Virus record (IMG/VR): IMGVR_UViG_3300007538_000022
Location: 26,275-90,274 of that record
Source: a virus
Length of the DNA stretch: 64,000 nt
Strand: one strand, 5' to 3'
Under the pieces are notes generated by a model. It did not search any database. It was not told where the DNA came from and saw only the letters and a program-made list of their open reading frames with translations. Positions 20,661-29,454 of this stretch are shown piece by piece. The first letter of the stretch is position 1; each line of letters begins with the position of its first letter. The translations under genes were made by a program, and so were the position numbers.

Positions 20661-21637
20661 ATGAATCGTTTATAGATAGCAAACTCTTTTTTATTTGCAG
20701 GTTTATAGAAAAAATCTCGATACGTTTGAATAATCTGATAACTTGTTGTATTATTTGACAAGCCTAATATTGCTTGATCCAACTTAAATAAAACATCACG
20801 TACAGAATCTTTGTTTTCAAGTGAAGAATCTAATACAGTACCTAAAATCTCTAAAATAATCCCATAAGCAGATTCTTGTGCATACGCAGCTATTTCTTGA
20901 GGACTAGCATAATATAATTTAAATTTGTAATCAGTGTCTTTGTTTTTCATTAGTTCCGCAAACTTTTTCTTATCCTTCATTAAGTAGGATCTGTACTCAA
21001 GTGCGTCTACGTTTTTTTGATAATGCAGTTGTCTTGAAATTTGGATAAAATGTCCAATTTCATGGATAAGAGTTGTTACAAAAGGAATTGTCACGTCTCG
21101 ATATTCTCTAAACATAAAATTCCAAGTATTAAACATTTTTTTCAATACCGAAATCGCTTCACCTACTGTTGGAATGTATGCATCTTCATCTTCTTCTTCT
21201 TCTTCATCATCATCGTAGTTAAACCCTAGACTATCTAGTTCTAACACATCTGTTAACATCATATGCATAGAGTCTATCACAACAGACACCATATCCATTA
21301 TTAAGCTAATATTAACGACTATATATTCATTTCCAACAGCTTTTGCTTGAATTGACGGTCCTAACGCATCAAACCGAACTCTAACTAATGTTTTTTCATA
21401 TATTCTATTAGACATTGCATCTAACATTGTAGAAAAAAGTGAGTCTGGATCGTTAAAGTTAAGTTCTGATCTCATGCTTATAGGGGGTTCTAATAACTCG
21501 TCAGTAGGATCGTCTTCCTCTAATCGATTAACCAATGCTCGAAGCGTATCGTCCATTGCTTGTAAAATTGCTGCTTTAAGTTTAACTTGCAGCTCTCTAT
21601 GATCTACTGCTTCGATTATTACATCTTTTATTTTCAT
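20597..21637 (-). CDS. HExxH zinc-metalloprotease-like putative internal protein (paralog of 18626-19621)
   Basis: HEIGHFIQ...EYRSYL...YYASPQEIAAYAQE; start MKIKDVIIEA. Confidence 0.6.
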   Translation of the reverse strand: MKIKDVIIEAVDHRELQVKLKAAILQAMDDTLRALVNRLEEDDPTDELLEPPISMRSELNFNDPDSLFSTMLDAMSNRIYEKTLVRVRFDALGPSIQAKAVGNEYIVVNISLIMDMVSVVIDSMHMMLTDVLELDSLGFNYDDDEEEEEDEDAYIPTVGEAISVLKKMFNTWNFMFREYRDVTIPFVTTLIHEIGHFIQISRQLHYQKNVDALEYRSYLMKDKKKFAELMKNKDTDYKFKLYYASPQEIAAYAQESAYGIILEILGTVLDSSLENKDSVRDVLFKLDQAILGLSNNTTSYQIIQTYRDFFYKPANKKEFAIYKRFIKIVYQQLTQYRASLIDRISE

Positions 21638-21638
21638 T

Positions 21639-22079
21639 TTAGTCCTCAGTATTGAAAAAATCTAAACTTAATACATTGCAATATATTGTTTTCTTTCCTT
21701 GAAGATAACTAGCGACAATTCTATGGTTGCCATCAGCTGCATAGTATATTTCATTAGCAAGATATAGCAAAGGCGGTTCAAAAGAATCGCCTTTATTTTT
21801 CACGATATTTTTAATATGCTCGGAGCTTAGTTTTTCTTCAATACACTTAATAGATTTAATTGGCACTTCCATTCGTGTTCCATATAACATATTCCTTTGT
21901 ACAAATGGAACGTCAGGATACATATATTCATACACTTCGTCGATTATATCCATTGTATCTGAAACAATTTTACCTTTTGCAACTGGCAATGGATTGATAA
22001 AATCATATATTGGCTTTTTTTGCTTATTTTCTGCAATATAAGATTGCACTACTCCATGTATAATTTCACTTAAATGCAT
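21639..22079 (-). CDS. ParB/Sulfiredoxin-like domain protein
   Basis: PPLL...YYAADGNHRIVA; start MHLSEII. Confidence 0.7.
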   Translation of the reverse strand: MHLSEIIHGVVQSYIAENKQKKPIYDFINPLPVAKGKIVSDTMDIIDEVYEYMYPDVPFVQRNMLYGTRMEVPIKSIKCIEEKLSSEHIKNIVKNKGDSFEPPLLYLANEIYYAADGNHRIVASYLQGKKTIYCNVLSLDFFNTED

Positions 22080-22134
22080 TAAATATTTCCTATATTTTTA
22101 GTACAATGTATTGCACGTTTATTGTAGATAGAAA

Positions 22135-22142
22135 TATTTATG
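22135..22142 (-). promoter_or_regulatory. T4-like late promoter (nATAAATA/CTAAATA) heading the internal-protein array
   Basis: CATAAATA. The same motif precedes genes at 8092, 16557, 17048, 24183, 39603, 44172, 46369, 49936, 58258, 60384, 61569, 62723, 63647 (minus) and 29425, 33326, 38314 (plus). Confidence 0.7.
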
Positions 22143-22151
22143 CAAAATTGG

Positions 22152-23171
22152 TTACATCAACTGATCTTTAAACTTATTATAAAGTTCAGTTGTTGCAAGA
22201 TTTTTATTTTTTGATTCGCACATAATATCGGCAGTATTTGAAAAGGACAATGCCCATTCATTTACTGTATGATTTGGGTAATTATCACTATGCGCTCGTA
22301 ACTTTTGTCGTTTACATCCAGACTCTTTCAACAGTTGCATATTTGGAAAGTCATTTTCAATATGACCAACAAATTCGTGTCTACTATAACTATAATGAAT
22401 TACCGGTCTTACTCCGTTCCACGAATCTATAATACGTAGATATCGACTGTCATTTGGTTTGATATATTCTCCAGTGTTAACAAAATGATGATGAATATCT
22501 AATACTAATGCACAATCATTAGCTAGTTCTAAACTAGCATCGATACCCCATTTATTTTCGTCATTTTCAATAGTTATACAATTCCTTGCTTCAGACGATA
22601 GTCTAGGTAATACTTGTTTAATACCATCAGGCCCACGTTTACCTGAAATATGAACATTAATTTTAAAATCTTGAAATTGTTTTCCATATCCCATCCATCG
22701 AGCAATGTCGGTGTGATATTCAAATTCTTTAATTGAATTTTCAACAATAGCATCATTATCGCTTGCTAAAACAGTAAATTGACCTGGATGCATTGATAAT
22801 CTAATATCATTATCTCTTGCAATTTTTCCAATTTTTGATAATTCAGATTCGCATAGAGATCTAACATCTGATTGTTTCCAAAACGGTTGAAACTGCTCAT
22901 GAGTGTATAATGGAAGACAATCACTTCCTATACGATACATTCTTAAACTTTGATCTAATTTTGAAACATATTCAATTGCATTTTTTAATGCAAGTAAGTT
23001 ATGCTGTGTTAAGTACCATAACCGTTCATTTACACCATATGCTGTTTGTTCAGATAACCATTTAACTGTTGTAGATTTAAAATTTAAATTAGGTACAGCA
23101 ACTACTTTATTTTTTACTTTTTCTGATATTTTACAAGCAAACCCTAGACGTTTGATATTTTGATTAAACAT
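22152..23171 (-). CDS. uvsE: UV damage endonuclease UvsE/UVDE
   Basis: RLGFACK, RIGSD, RLSMHPGQF, IENDE, LDIHHH, HYS, AHSD, DIMCESK; likely start MFNQ at 23171. Confidence 0.92.
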   Translation of the reverse strand: MFNQNIKRLGFACKISEKVKNKVVAVPNLNFKSTTVKWLSEQTAYGVNERLWYLTQHNLLALKNAIEYVSKLDQSLRMYRIGSDCLPLYTHEQFQPFWKQSDVRSLCESELSKIGKIARDNDIRLSMHPGQFTVLASDNDAIVENSIKEFEYHTDIARWMGYGKQFQDFKINVHISGKRGPDGIKQVLPRLSSEARNCITIENDENKWGIDASLELANDCALVLDIHHHFVNTGEYIKPNDSRYLRIIDSWNGVRPVIHYSYSRHEFVGHIENDFPNMQLLKESGCKRQKLRAHSDNYPNHTVNEWALSFSNTADIMCESKNKNLATTELYNKFKDQLM

Positions 23172-23251
23172 GATTATTTTTTCCAAGTTAGTGAATTGCG
23201 CTTGATTGATGTTAAGCATAGAGGTAATGTGTACTATACAACATAGTGTAC

Positions 23252-23281
23252 ATTATACTGTAGTTTTTATTGATTTGTCAA
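23252..23281 (-). promoter_or_regulatory. sigma70-type early promoter for uvsE
   Basis: TTGACA-18-TATAAT. Confidence 0.75.
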
Positions 23282-23355
23282 TAGTTTTTGTAAGTTCGAT
23301 TTAACCGTTGAATTGCTGCATAAATATATGTATCAATTTGATTACATTATATACA

Positions 23356-24177
23356 TTAGTACGATCCCCAATTAGATTCTTCTTCGTCGTGTGCTAATTG
23401 TGCTTTAGTGGGTTGTATTGGTGAATATTTGTTATCTACTAATTTTCTATTTTTAATGATAGAAGTTTTAAAGAAAAGTGCTTGAATCGGTTCATTATGA
23501 TGTATGATTCCAGTATTATCAATAAAACCATCTATTCCAAGATGTTTTGTGAATAATACAGTTAGTGCAGATGGAATTGACTTTGGTGTTGGTAAATAAG
23601 GAATATGCTGAACTGCGTAACAAAACGCCCAAAATCTACCACCTGGTAACTTTGATCTTAACGCTGTTTTAAAGACTTTTTGTTTCAACTCGTTTATATA
23701 TTCTACTAAAAATGATGTATCAACATCTTCGATACTAATTTCATAGTCAATTTCTTTCATTTGTGCAAGGTATTGAGTAATCCAAGAATAGATAATACGT
23801 TCTTCTATGACTTTGTAGTAATGAGAAACTTGTTCTTCGGATATTGATGGCAAATCGATAATATTTCCAGAAACTGAAAACAAATTAGCATACGGAGATG
23901 TTCCTGCAAATGGTAAAAAATAAGCAGATTTGCCATCTTTCATAATGTTATATACATATTCAAGTGGATATGCGTATATTCCAACTGGAGTGTTGTATGA
24001 TGTTTGAGGATTGATTCCTAACTTCTCAATGTTTGTAAATGAAATAAACGCATTTTTAATAGTCGAGTTAGGCAATGTACCTGCTTTTTCTAAGTAATCT
24101 TTAATATGCTGATTAATAGATATTTTTGGATTTAATATCGAATGTTTTCGTGCTTCTAAGATATCTTTTACTTTCAT
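23356..24177 (-). CDS. Putative internal virion protein, possible ADP-ribosyltransferase fold
   Basis: CTS-like MKVKDILEA; GIYAY...YA...GIDGFID...EPIQALFF pattern; late promoter at 24183. Confidence 0.4.
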   Translation of the reverse strand: MKVKDILEARKHSILNPKISINQHIKDYLEKAGTLPNSTIKNAFISFTNIEKLGINPQTSYNTPVGIYAYPLEYVYNIMKDGKSAYFLPFAGTSPYANLFSVSGNIIDLPSISEEQVSHYYKVIEERIIYSWITQYLAQMKEIDYEISIEDVDTSFLVEYINELKQKVFKTALRSKLPGGRFWAFCYAVQHIPYLPTPKSIPSALTVLFTKHLGIDGFIDNTGIIHHNEPIQALFFKTSIIKNRKLVDNKYSPIQPTKAQLAHDEEESNWGSY

Positions 24178-24189
24178 TACAGTATTTAG

Positions 24190-24897
24190 TTAAATCCAAT
24201 TATCAATTACCCATTGATCTTTACAATTGTGAGGATTTGGATCTCCATGAAACACTGCAATAGAAGTTTCTTTTTTTATTATAGGATCTCCGTTTTTTAT
24301 AAAATCACGTTTTCCTTTAATTCCTTTTTCTAACGGAGATTTGTTACGCATTTCCCATTTATAACTTTGTATCCATTCATCGGGCCAAAATTCATAATTC
24401 TTTTTAATTGAATATCTAATCCAATCTTGATCACCTAAAAATCGATTCATTACATTTTTAGGATTTTTCATAAATTCAGTATAAACGTAACTATGCTGTC
24501 CTGTTTCTAATCTAAATACACTTGAATTAAACTTCTCATAATTTCTAATCACACATCGATTAAAGTCTCGGATAATTAAAAATTCATAAGGATTATATGT
24601 AAACAAGTAATTTATATTTTTAAATATAATTAGATCTAAATCTAAAAAGAGAATAGTACCTTTTAATACATTATTGGGATTAAACATTAGAGTTTTAAAC
24701 CACCAACCTGTAATATCATATTCTAATGATAGTGGTTCAACTCTAATGTTCTTATTAATTTTAAAGTCGTTGTCAGTAAAACATACAAATTCATGATCCA
24801 ATGTTAAATTACGTTGGATCATGTTATATAATTTGTTTACATACGTTGAGCTATATTTCTCTCCATACTTTAGGCAAACTACATATCTTTTTCCCAT
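24190..24897 (-). CDS. GT-A (GT8-like) glycosyltransferase
   Basis: VCLKYGEKY, GWWFK, LFLDLD, NSSV, GDQDWI, FHGDPNPH. Confidence 0.8.
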   Translation of the reverse strand: MGKRYVVCLKYGEKYSSTYVNKLYNMIQRNLTLDHEFVCFTDNDFKINKNIRVEPLSLEYDITGWWFKTLMFNPNNVLKGTILFLDLDLIIFKNINYLFTYNPYEFLIIRDFNRCVIRNYEKFNSSVFRLETGQHSYVYTEFMKNPKNVMNRFLGDQDWIRYSIKKNYEFWPDEWIQSYKWEMRNKSPLEKGIKGKRDFIKNGDPIIKKETSIAVFHGDPNPHNCKDQWVIDNWI

Positions 24898-24900
24898 GTT

Positions 24901-25536
24901 TTACCCATATCTGCAATGACTTTTTTTAGTTTCCCATAATTCTACTGCAGATACAGTTGCTATATTACCGATTTTTGATTGTGCATAATCTTTTAAAAAT
25001 TTACAAATGTTTTCACTTGTAGGACAAAAATCAACAATAACAAAACTATCACGGTGTAATTGTAAATTTTCATCATCTACCGGAAATTCAGCTCCTAAAT
25101 GAATAATCTTATTTTTAAGAAAGTTTTCTTTAATTGCAATATCATACGGACTTACTGTAGTAATTATCATACAATTTGGATCATTAATATCAACCATAAA
25201 TTTATGATCTAATATTTCATCTAAAAACTGTTTCATAAAGTTTAAATTTTTGAAATCAGTTACCATAAACGACTGGTCTAATTCAGATGATGATAACTCA
25301 ATTTTTACTTCGTATGAATGTCCATGTAAATGTTTACATGCACAATCTGTTGTTATACTTAAATCCTCATGCTCCAACTTTTGAGACCATACACGATGTC
25401 CCATTTCAAAATTAAATGTCTTATCAATTGACCAAATCGGCTTTTGTTCCTGTGGTTCAACGTCAGGAGTAACTGGAATATCTTCTACTACTGGCAATTC
25501 TACTACTTTTTTTGATTTTTTAAAAAAACTAAACAT
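24901..25536 (-). CDS. queD: 6-carboxytetrahydropterin synthase QueD-like
   Basis: FEMGHRV, CKHLHGHSY, DF, DH, PTSEN, WET. Confidence 0.85.
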   Translation of the reverse strand: MFSFFKKSKKVVELPVVEDIPVTPDVEPQEQKPIWSIDKTFNFEMGHRVWSQKLEHEDLSITTDCACKHLHGHSYEVKIELSSSELDQSFMVTDFKNLNFMKQFLDEILDHKFMVDINDPNCMIITTVSPYDIAIKENFLKNKIIHLGAEFPVDDENLQLHRDSFVIVDFCPTSENICKFLKDYAQSKIGNIATVSAVELWETKKSHCRYG

Positions 25537-25562
25537 GATTTATCCTATATTTAAAGTTTAAA

Positions 25563-25820
25563 TTAATCATTACTAAATGATTTACGAATATTTTTTATTT
25601 CAGTATATATTTTGGTAATATTTTTCGACGCAGATGTTAGTATCTTATAAACTTTTAACGTATGAAACAGCGTCCAAGTACACCATATTACTGAAAACAA
25701 GGCTGTAGACAATATAAATTTGTCATGTAATGTAAATACGTAAAGCCCAACAAAGCATAGTATAACTACAATGTTACTAATAACTACATATTTTTGCCAT
25801 GTGTGTAATTTTTTGAGCAT
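25563..25820 (-). CDS. Small membrane protein
   Basis: Two hydrophobic helices. Confidence 0.6.
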   Translation of the reverse strand: MLKKLHTWQKYVVISNIVVILCFVGLYVFTLHDKFILSTALFSVIWCTWTLFHTLKVYKILTSASKNITKIYTEIKNIRKSFSND

Positions 25821-25834
25821 AGTATTACTATTTA

Positions 25835-27166
25835 TTAAATAGTAATGTTAAGTGCGTCTTTAAGTAAAATTTCTTCAAAAGTAAATGTTCCATATTCTAT
25901 AATTTTAGAGTGCAAATCTGCAGATTTAGCATTCAACTTAGCAATTTCTTCCTCAGTTAACGACTTCATTGGGAGAGATAAGAATTTTTGAATATACGGT
26001 GTTAACAGTTGATTATATTTTTCTGCTTGTAAAATAACATCTTGCTCTTTTTTATTGCGTAGCTCAATTTTACCATTAACTACTCCTGATATAAAAATAG
26101 ACTTTGCTGTAATATAATCTAAATCAACTTGCATTTGTTGTAGTACATGTTGCTTTCTTAAATTATTAAATTCAATCCGTTTTTCATACCATGCATTTAA
26201 TAACTCATCAATTGAATTAAATATAATTATTTTATTATCTTCATCTATACAAGTAAAGTTTTCTGTTATTTTTTTTACTAATTTAAGTTTATTAAGAATC
26301 CACTCATCGTCTCGTTCGCTAAACTGTCTATCTACTAGAATTTCAAATAAAAATTCGTCGTTATCTGACAAGTCGTCGTAATCTTTAATGTCTTTATCAT
26401 CAACTAATTTATCCAAAACTGCTTGATATTGTTTTAATGTATATCCAATTGGAAGGGCATCAATTACTAATCTGTGTTTTAACTTTCGATAAAAATTTCC
26501 TTTAATAATCCATTGTGTATCTAACTCTCCTGATTCAACAGTACACTTCATTCCATTCCAATGTGGTGTTAAATTAACTTTAGGTTTTCTAATTTTTGTT
26601 CGTTGCTTAACCCACTTTAAGATTTGTTTTGGATCTCTTGGCAGAATTTTCTGTGCAAATCCAATTGACACACCTTCCGATCCATTAATTGCAATTAATG
26701 GTAATACAGGAACGTAGAATCTAGGTTCAATAGATTCATTTTCAAATAATTGATGATTTAATATTTCATAATCGTCTTTAATAAATATTGATTTAAGAAT
26801 GGGATTCATTCTTGCAAAAATGTAACGTGTAGCTGAAGCATCTGGAATAAACGTACTACCAAAATTACCATCGCCTTCTAATAAAGGTAAATTATTACCC
26901 GAACCTACGTAATCCGCAGTCATATTTACAATAGTACTTTCCAGAGAACCATGCAAGTATTGTGCATAGTCTTGAACTTTAGGACCTAAATTTGATACTT
27001 TTACAAATTTATCAATATTTTGTCTAATAACAGTGTGAAGTATTTTACGAGAAGCATTTTTTTGCCCATCAATATAACTTCCTAATTTACGAACATTATC
27101 ATAAACTGAAAATGAAATATATTCATCTTTGAAAAAGTCTTCCAATGGTAATGTATGTGTATTCAT
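25835..27166 (-). CDS. Type IIA DNA topoisomerase, GyrA/ParC-like subunit (T4 gp52-like)
   Basis: IDGQKNASRKIL, YLHG, GNFGS, ASATRYIF (catalytic Tyr), EPRFYVPVLP. Confidence 0.92.
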   Translation of the reverse strand: MNTHTLPLEDFFKDEYISFSVYDNVRKLGSYIDGQKNASRKILHTVIRQNIDKFVKVSNLGPKVQDYAQYLHGSLESTIVNMTADYVGSGNNLPLLEGDGNFGSTFIPDASATRYIFARMNPILKSIFIKDDYEILNHQLFENESIEPRFYVPVLPLIAINGSEGVSIGFAQKILPRDPKQILKWVKQRTKIRKPKVNLTPHWNGMKCTVESGELDTQWIIKGNFYRKLKHRLVIDALPIGYTLKQYQAVLDKLVDDKDIKDYDDLSDNDEFLFEILVDRQFSERDDEWILNKLKLVKKITENFTCIDEDNKIIIFNSIDELLNAWYEKRIEFNNLRKQHVLQQMQVDLDYITAKSIFISGVVNGKIELRNKKEQDVILQAEKYNQLLTPYIQKFLSLPMKSLTEEEIAKLNAKSADLHSKIIEYGTFTFEEILLKDALNITI

Positions 27167-27173
27167 TGTTTTC

Positions 27174-28961
27174 CTATATGTGCATTATATTAAATGGAGC
27201 TGCTTGTAAAATTTGATCTTTTCTAAATGTTGTTGTACTTCCAGAAAACCATTGATTAAACAGTTCTGTATCTGTAATTGAAACTGTAGGTAACATACTT
27301 GCTAAAGTATCAATTGCAATAATATCTTTTAAATCTCTTTCACTCCATGAACCTAATCCTTTTTGATATTGTATATCTAATTTGTTATCTAACTTTGACA
27401 CGTCGCTAAATGTATATGCCCACTCTTTAACTTTGTTATTCTTTTTTCCAATAGCAATCGGAGTTCTTAGAATTTTAAGGAGTCCGTTATTTAAATGGTC
27501 TGGAAAAAACTTAAACATAAATAACGCCACTAAACCTCTAATTCTAGAGCCGTCTGCATCTGCATCAGTTGCGATACAAATTTCTGCTTCTGGGAAAGTA
27601 GTTATAATAGCATACAACTCAGATAGTTCTTTGTTAGCCATAAACTTTTGATGGGACACTTCTAGAACGTTTAGTGGAACTCCTTTCAACGCATAAAATG
27701 CGTTACCTTTCCTACCGAGACACTTAATAAGACCGCCCGAAGCTGAGTCACCTTCAACAATTAGTATACGTTTTGTGCCACCAATTGCAGGAAAGTATTT
27801 ATCAGACGCTATTTTCTTTTTCTTTTCTAGCTTATTAAGATCTTTTTTAGCAGCTAATTCTTCCTGTAGCCTAGTGTACGCACAAATTTCATCAATTAAT
27901 TCTTCATTAGTTAAAAGCTTTTTTACTATCTTCGTTACATCAAACTCGCCAATCGCATCTCGACACTCTGTAGCGGAATTTGTAATTCGTTCTTTTGTTT
28001 GTGAATCAAATTTTAATGCAGGGAAATTATTAATAATTGCATGAACTCTTAAATGTTGTTTCAATCTAGCAGCAGTAATATCAACTTTCTTTTTCTTTTT
28101 TAATACTTCCCTAAATTCGGAAATAACAGCATTTGTAAAGTAGTCAATGTGTGTACCTGCTTTAATGCCTAATCCATTAACTACTGAATATGTTTGAAAT
28201 GCTCCATCTGATTTTGTAATACCAAACAATGCTTTTTCTGTTTGAAACTGATCGCATTTTCCAAAAAAGTCTTCAAATTTTACTTTAACTACTTGGTTAT
28301 TAAATTTGAATTTAATTGTATCAAACGCTAATGCTAACGATTTTACACGTTCTTCGATCATTTTAACATGATCTTGATCTATATTTGTAATACCAAAAAA
28401 ACTATAATCTGGTTTAAATTTAACAGTTGTACCTTTATGCGACGATGCTTTAGTGTTAACTGTCTTAATTTGACCTCGTGAACCAACTAATTGAACTTCT
28501 GTAGTACCATCAGAAGATGTTGCATGAAACATTTCCGTTGTTACAAATGTAATCATTGATCCTACGCCATTCATACCAATTGATTCTCGATTAGAATCAT
28601 CAAAATTTGATCCTGCTCTTGCCCTAGTAAATGCTGCAACCATTTGGTATTCTAAACCGTCTGGAGTTTCAATTTTATTGCTGGGGATCCCCCTTCCATT
28701 GTCAGATACTGTAACTATGCCATAATTATCTATAGTAATATCAATTTTATTAGCATATTTGCGATTAGTTCTTACATGTTCGTCTACCGAATTATCTATA
28801 ATTTCATTAATAATCTTTAGTAATCCCCCAACAATATTTACTTTTGTAAATTCAGCATCTGCAAACACTGTTTCTTCTTGAGAAACTTGACTTCCTCCAT
28901 ACATAGAAAATCTCTTTCTAATATGGGAAGCGTCACTTAAAATTTTAAAATCATTATTCAT
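27174..28961 (-). CDS. Type IIA DNA topoisomerase, ATPase+TOPRIM subunit (T4 gp39+60-like, unsplit)
   Basis: EIIDNSVDE, DNGRGIP, GMNGVG, VEGDSA, TDADADG, KGLGS. Confidence 0.93.
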   Translation of the reverse strand: MNNDFKILSDASHIRKRFSMYGGSQVSQEETVFADAEFTKVNIVGGLLKIINEIIDNSVDEHVRTNRKYANKIDITIDNYGIVTVSDNGRGIPSNKIETPDGLEYQMVAAFTRARAGSNFDDSNRESIGMNGVGSMITFVTTEMFHATSSDGTTEVQLVGSRGQIKTVNTKASSHKGTTVKFKPDYSFFGITNIDQDHVKMIEERVKSLALAFDTIKFKFNNQVVKVKFEDFFGKCDQFQTEKALFGITKSDGAFQTYSVVNGLGIKAGTHIDYFTNAVISEFREVLKKKKKVDITAARLKQHLRVHAIINNFPALKFDSQTKERITNSATECRDAIGEFDVTKIVKKLLTNEELIDEICAYTRLQEELAAKKDLNKLEKKKKIASDKYFPAIGGTKRILIVEGDSASGGLIKCLGRKGNAFYALKGVPLNVLEVSHQKFMANKELSELYAIITTFPEAEICIATDADADGSRIRGLVALFMFKFFPDHLNNGLLKILRTPIAIGKKNNKVKEWAYTFSDVSKLDNKLDIQYQKGLGSWSERDLKDIIAIDTLASMLPTVSITDTELFNQWFSGSTTTFRKDQILQAAPFNIMHI

Positions 28962-28981
28962 GTAATTTCCTTGATAAGAAG

Positions 28982-29155
28982 TTAGAGTGAACTATGTTGT
29001 TCTGTATGTTCACTATCGTTATTAGTTGATTTCATTTTTTTGTAATAGATAATGCAGAAAGAACATTTTCGGTCACTTCCCTCAAGTCTATTAATTAACT
29101 CACTAAGGGACGGGTAGTCTTCTTCTGATATATTTCTACATGTACATGCTATCAT
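28982..29155 (-). CDS. BFD-like [2Fe-2S] mini-ferredoxin candidate (57 aa, not in the ORF track)
   Basis: MIACTCRNISE...CSFC = CxC-x24-CxxC; ATG abuts the upstream TAA. Confidence 0.6.
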   Translation of the reverse strand: MIACTCRNISEEDYPSLSELINRLEGSDRKCSFCIIYYKKMKSTNNDSEHTEQHSSL

Positions 29156-29362
29156 TTATTCAGGTTTTTTAAACATTGCGGAATTTTTGCAGGTAACAGT
29201 GCTATAACTAATTGTGCTAATTCCTTCGTTCTTTTCACAAACAGAAGTAGCCCATTCAATATCTTTAATAGTAATTTCATTATTTGAAATGGTCATTCCA
29301 ACCATTACTGCTAAACTACAAATTATAATAATAGCAAGTATAATATCAGTCATTAATTTCAC
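29156..29362 (-). CDS. Small membrane-anchored protein
   Basis: N-terminal TM segment, C..NEG...C.N motif; follows a consensus promoter. Confidence 0.65.
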   Translation of the reverse strand: MKLMTDIILAIIIICSLAVMVGMTISNNEITIKDIEWATSVCEKNEGISTISYSTVTCKNSAMFKKPE

Positions 29363-29394
29363 CTTTTATTTTTTATTAAAACATATATGTATAT

Positions 29395-29423
29395 ATTATA
29401 TAGCATTTTTTTACTTCTGTCAA
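29395..29423 (-). promoter_or_regulatory. sigma70-type early promoter
   Basis: Perfect TTGACA-17-TATAAT. Confidence 0.85.
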
Positions 29424-29454
29424 GCTAAATAGTTAATACTATACAGGAGTACAA

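Noticed and set aside
21182-21214. Trinucleotide-like GAA/GAT run
   Set aside because: Simply encodes an acidic DDDEEEEEDED tract
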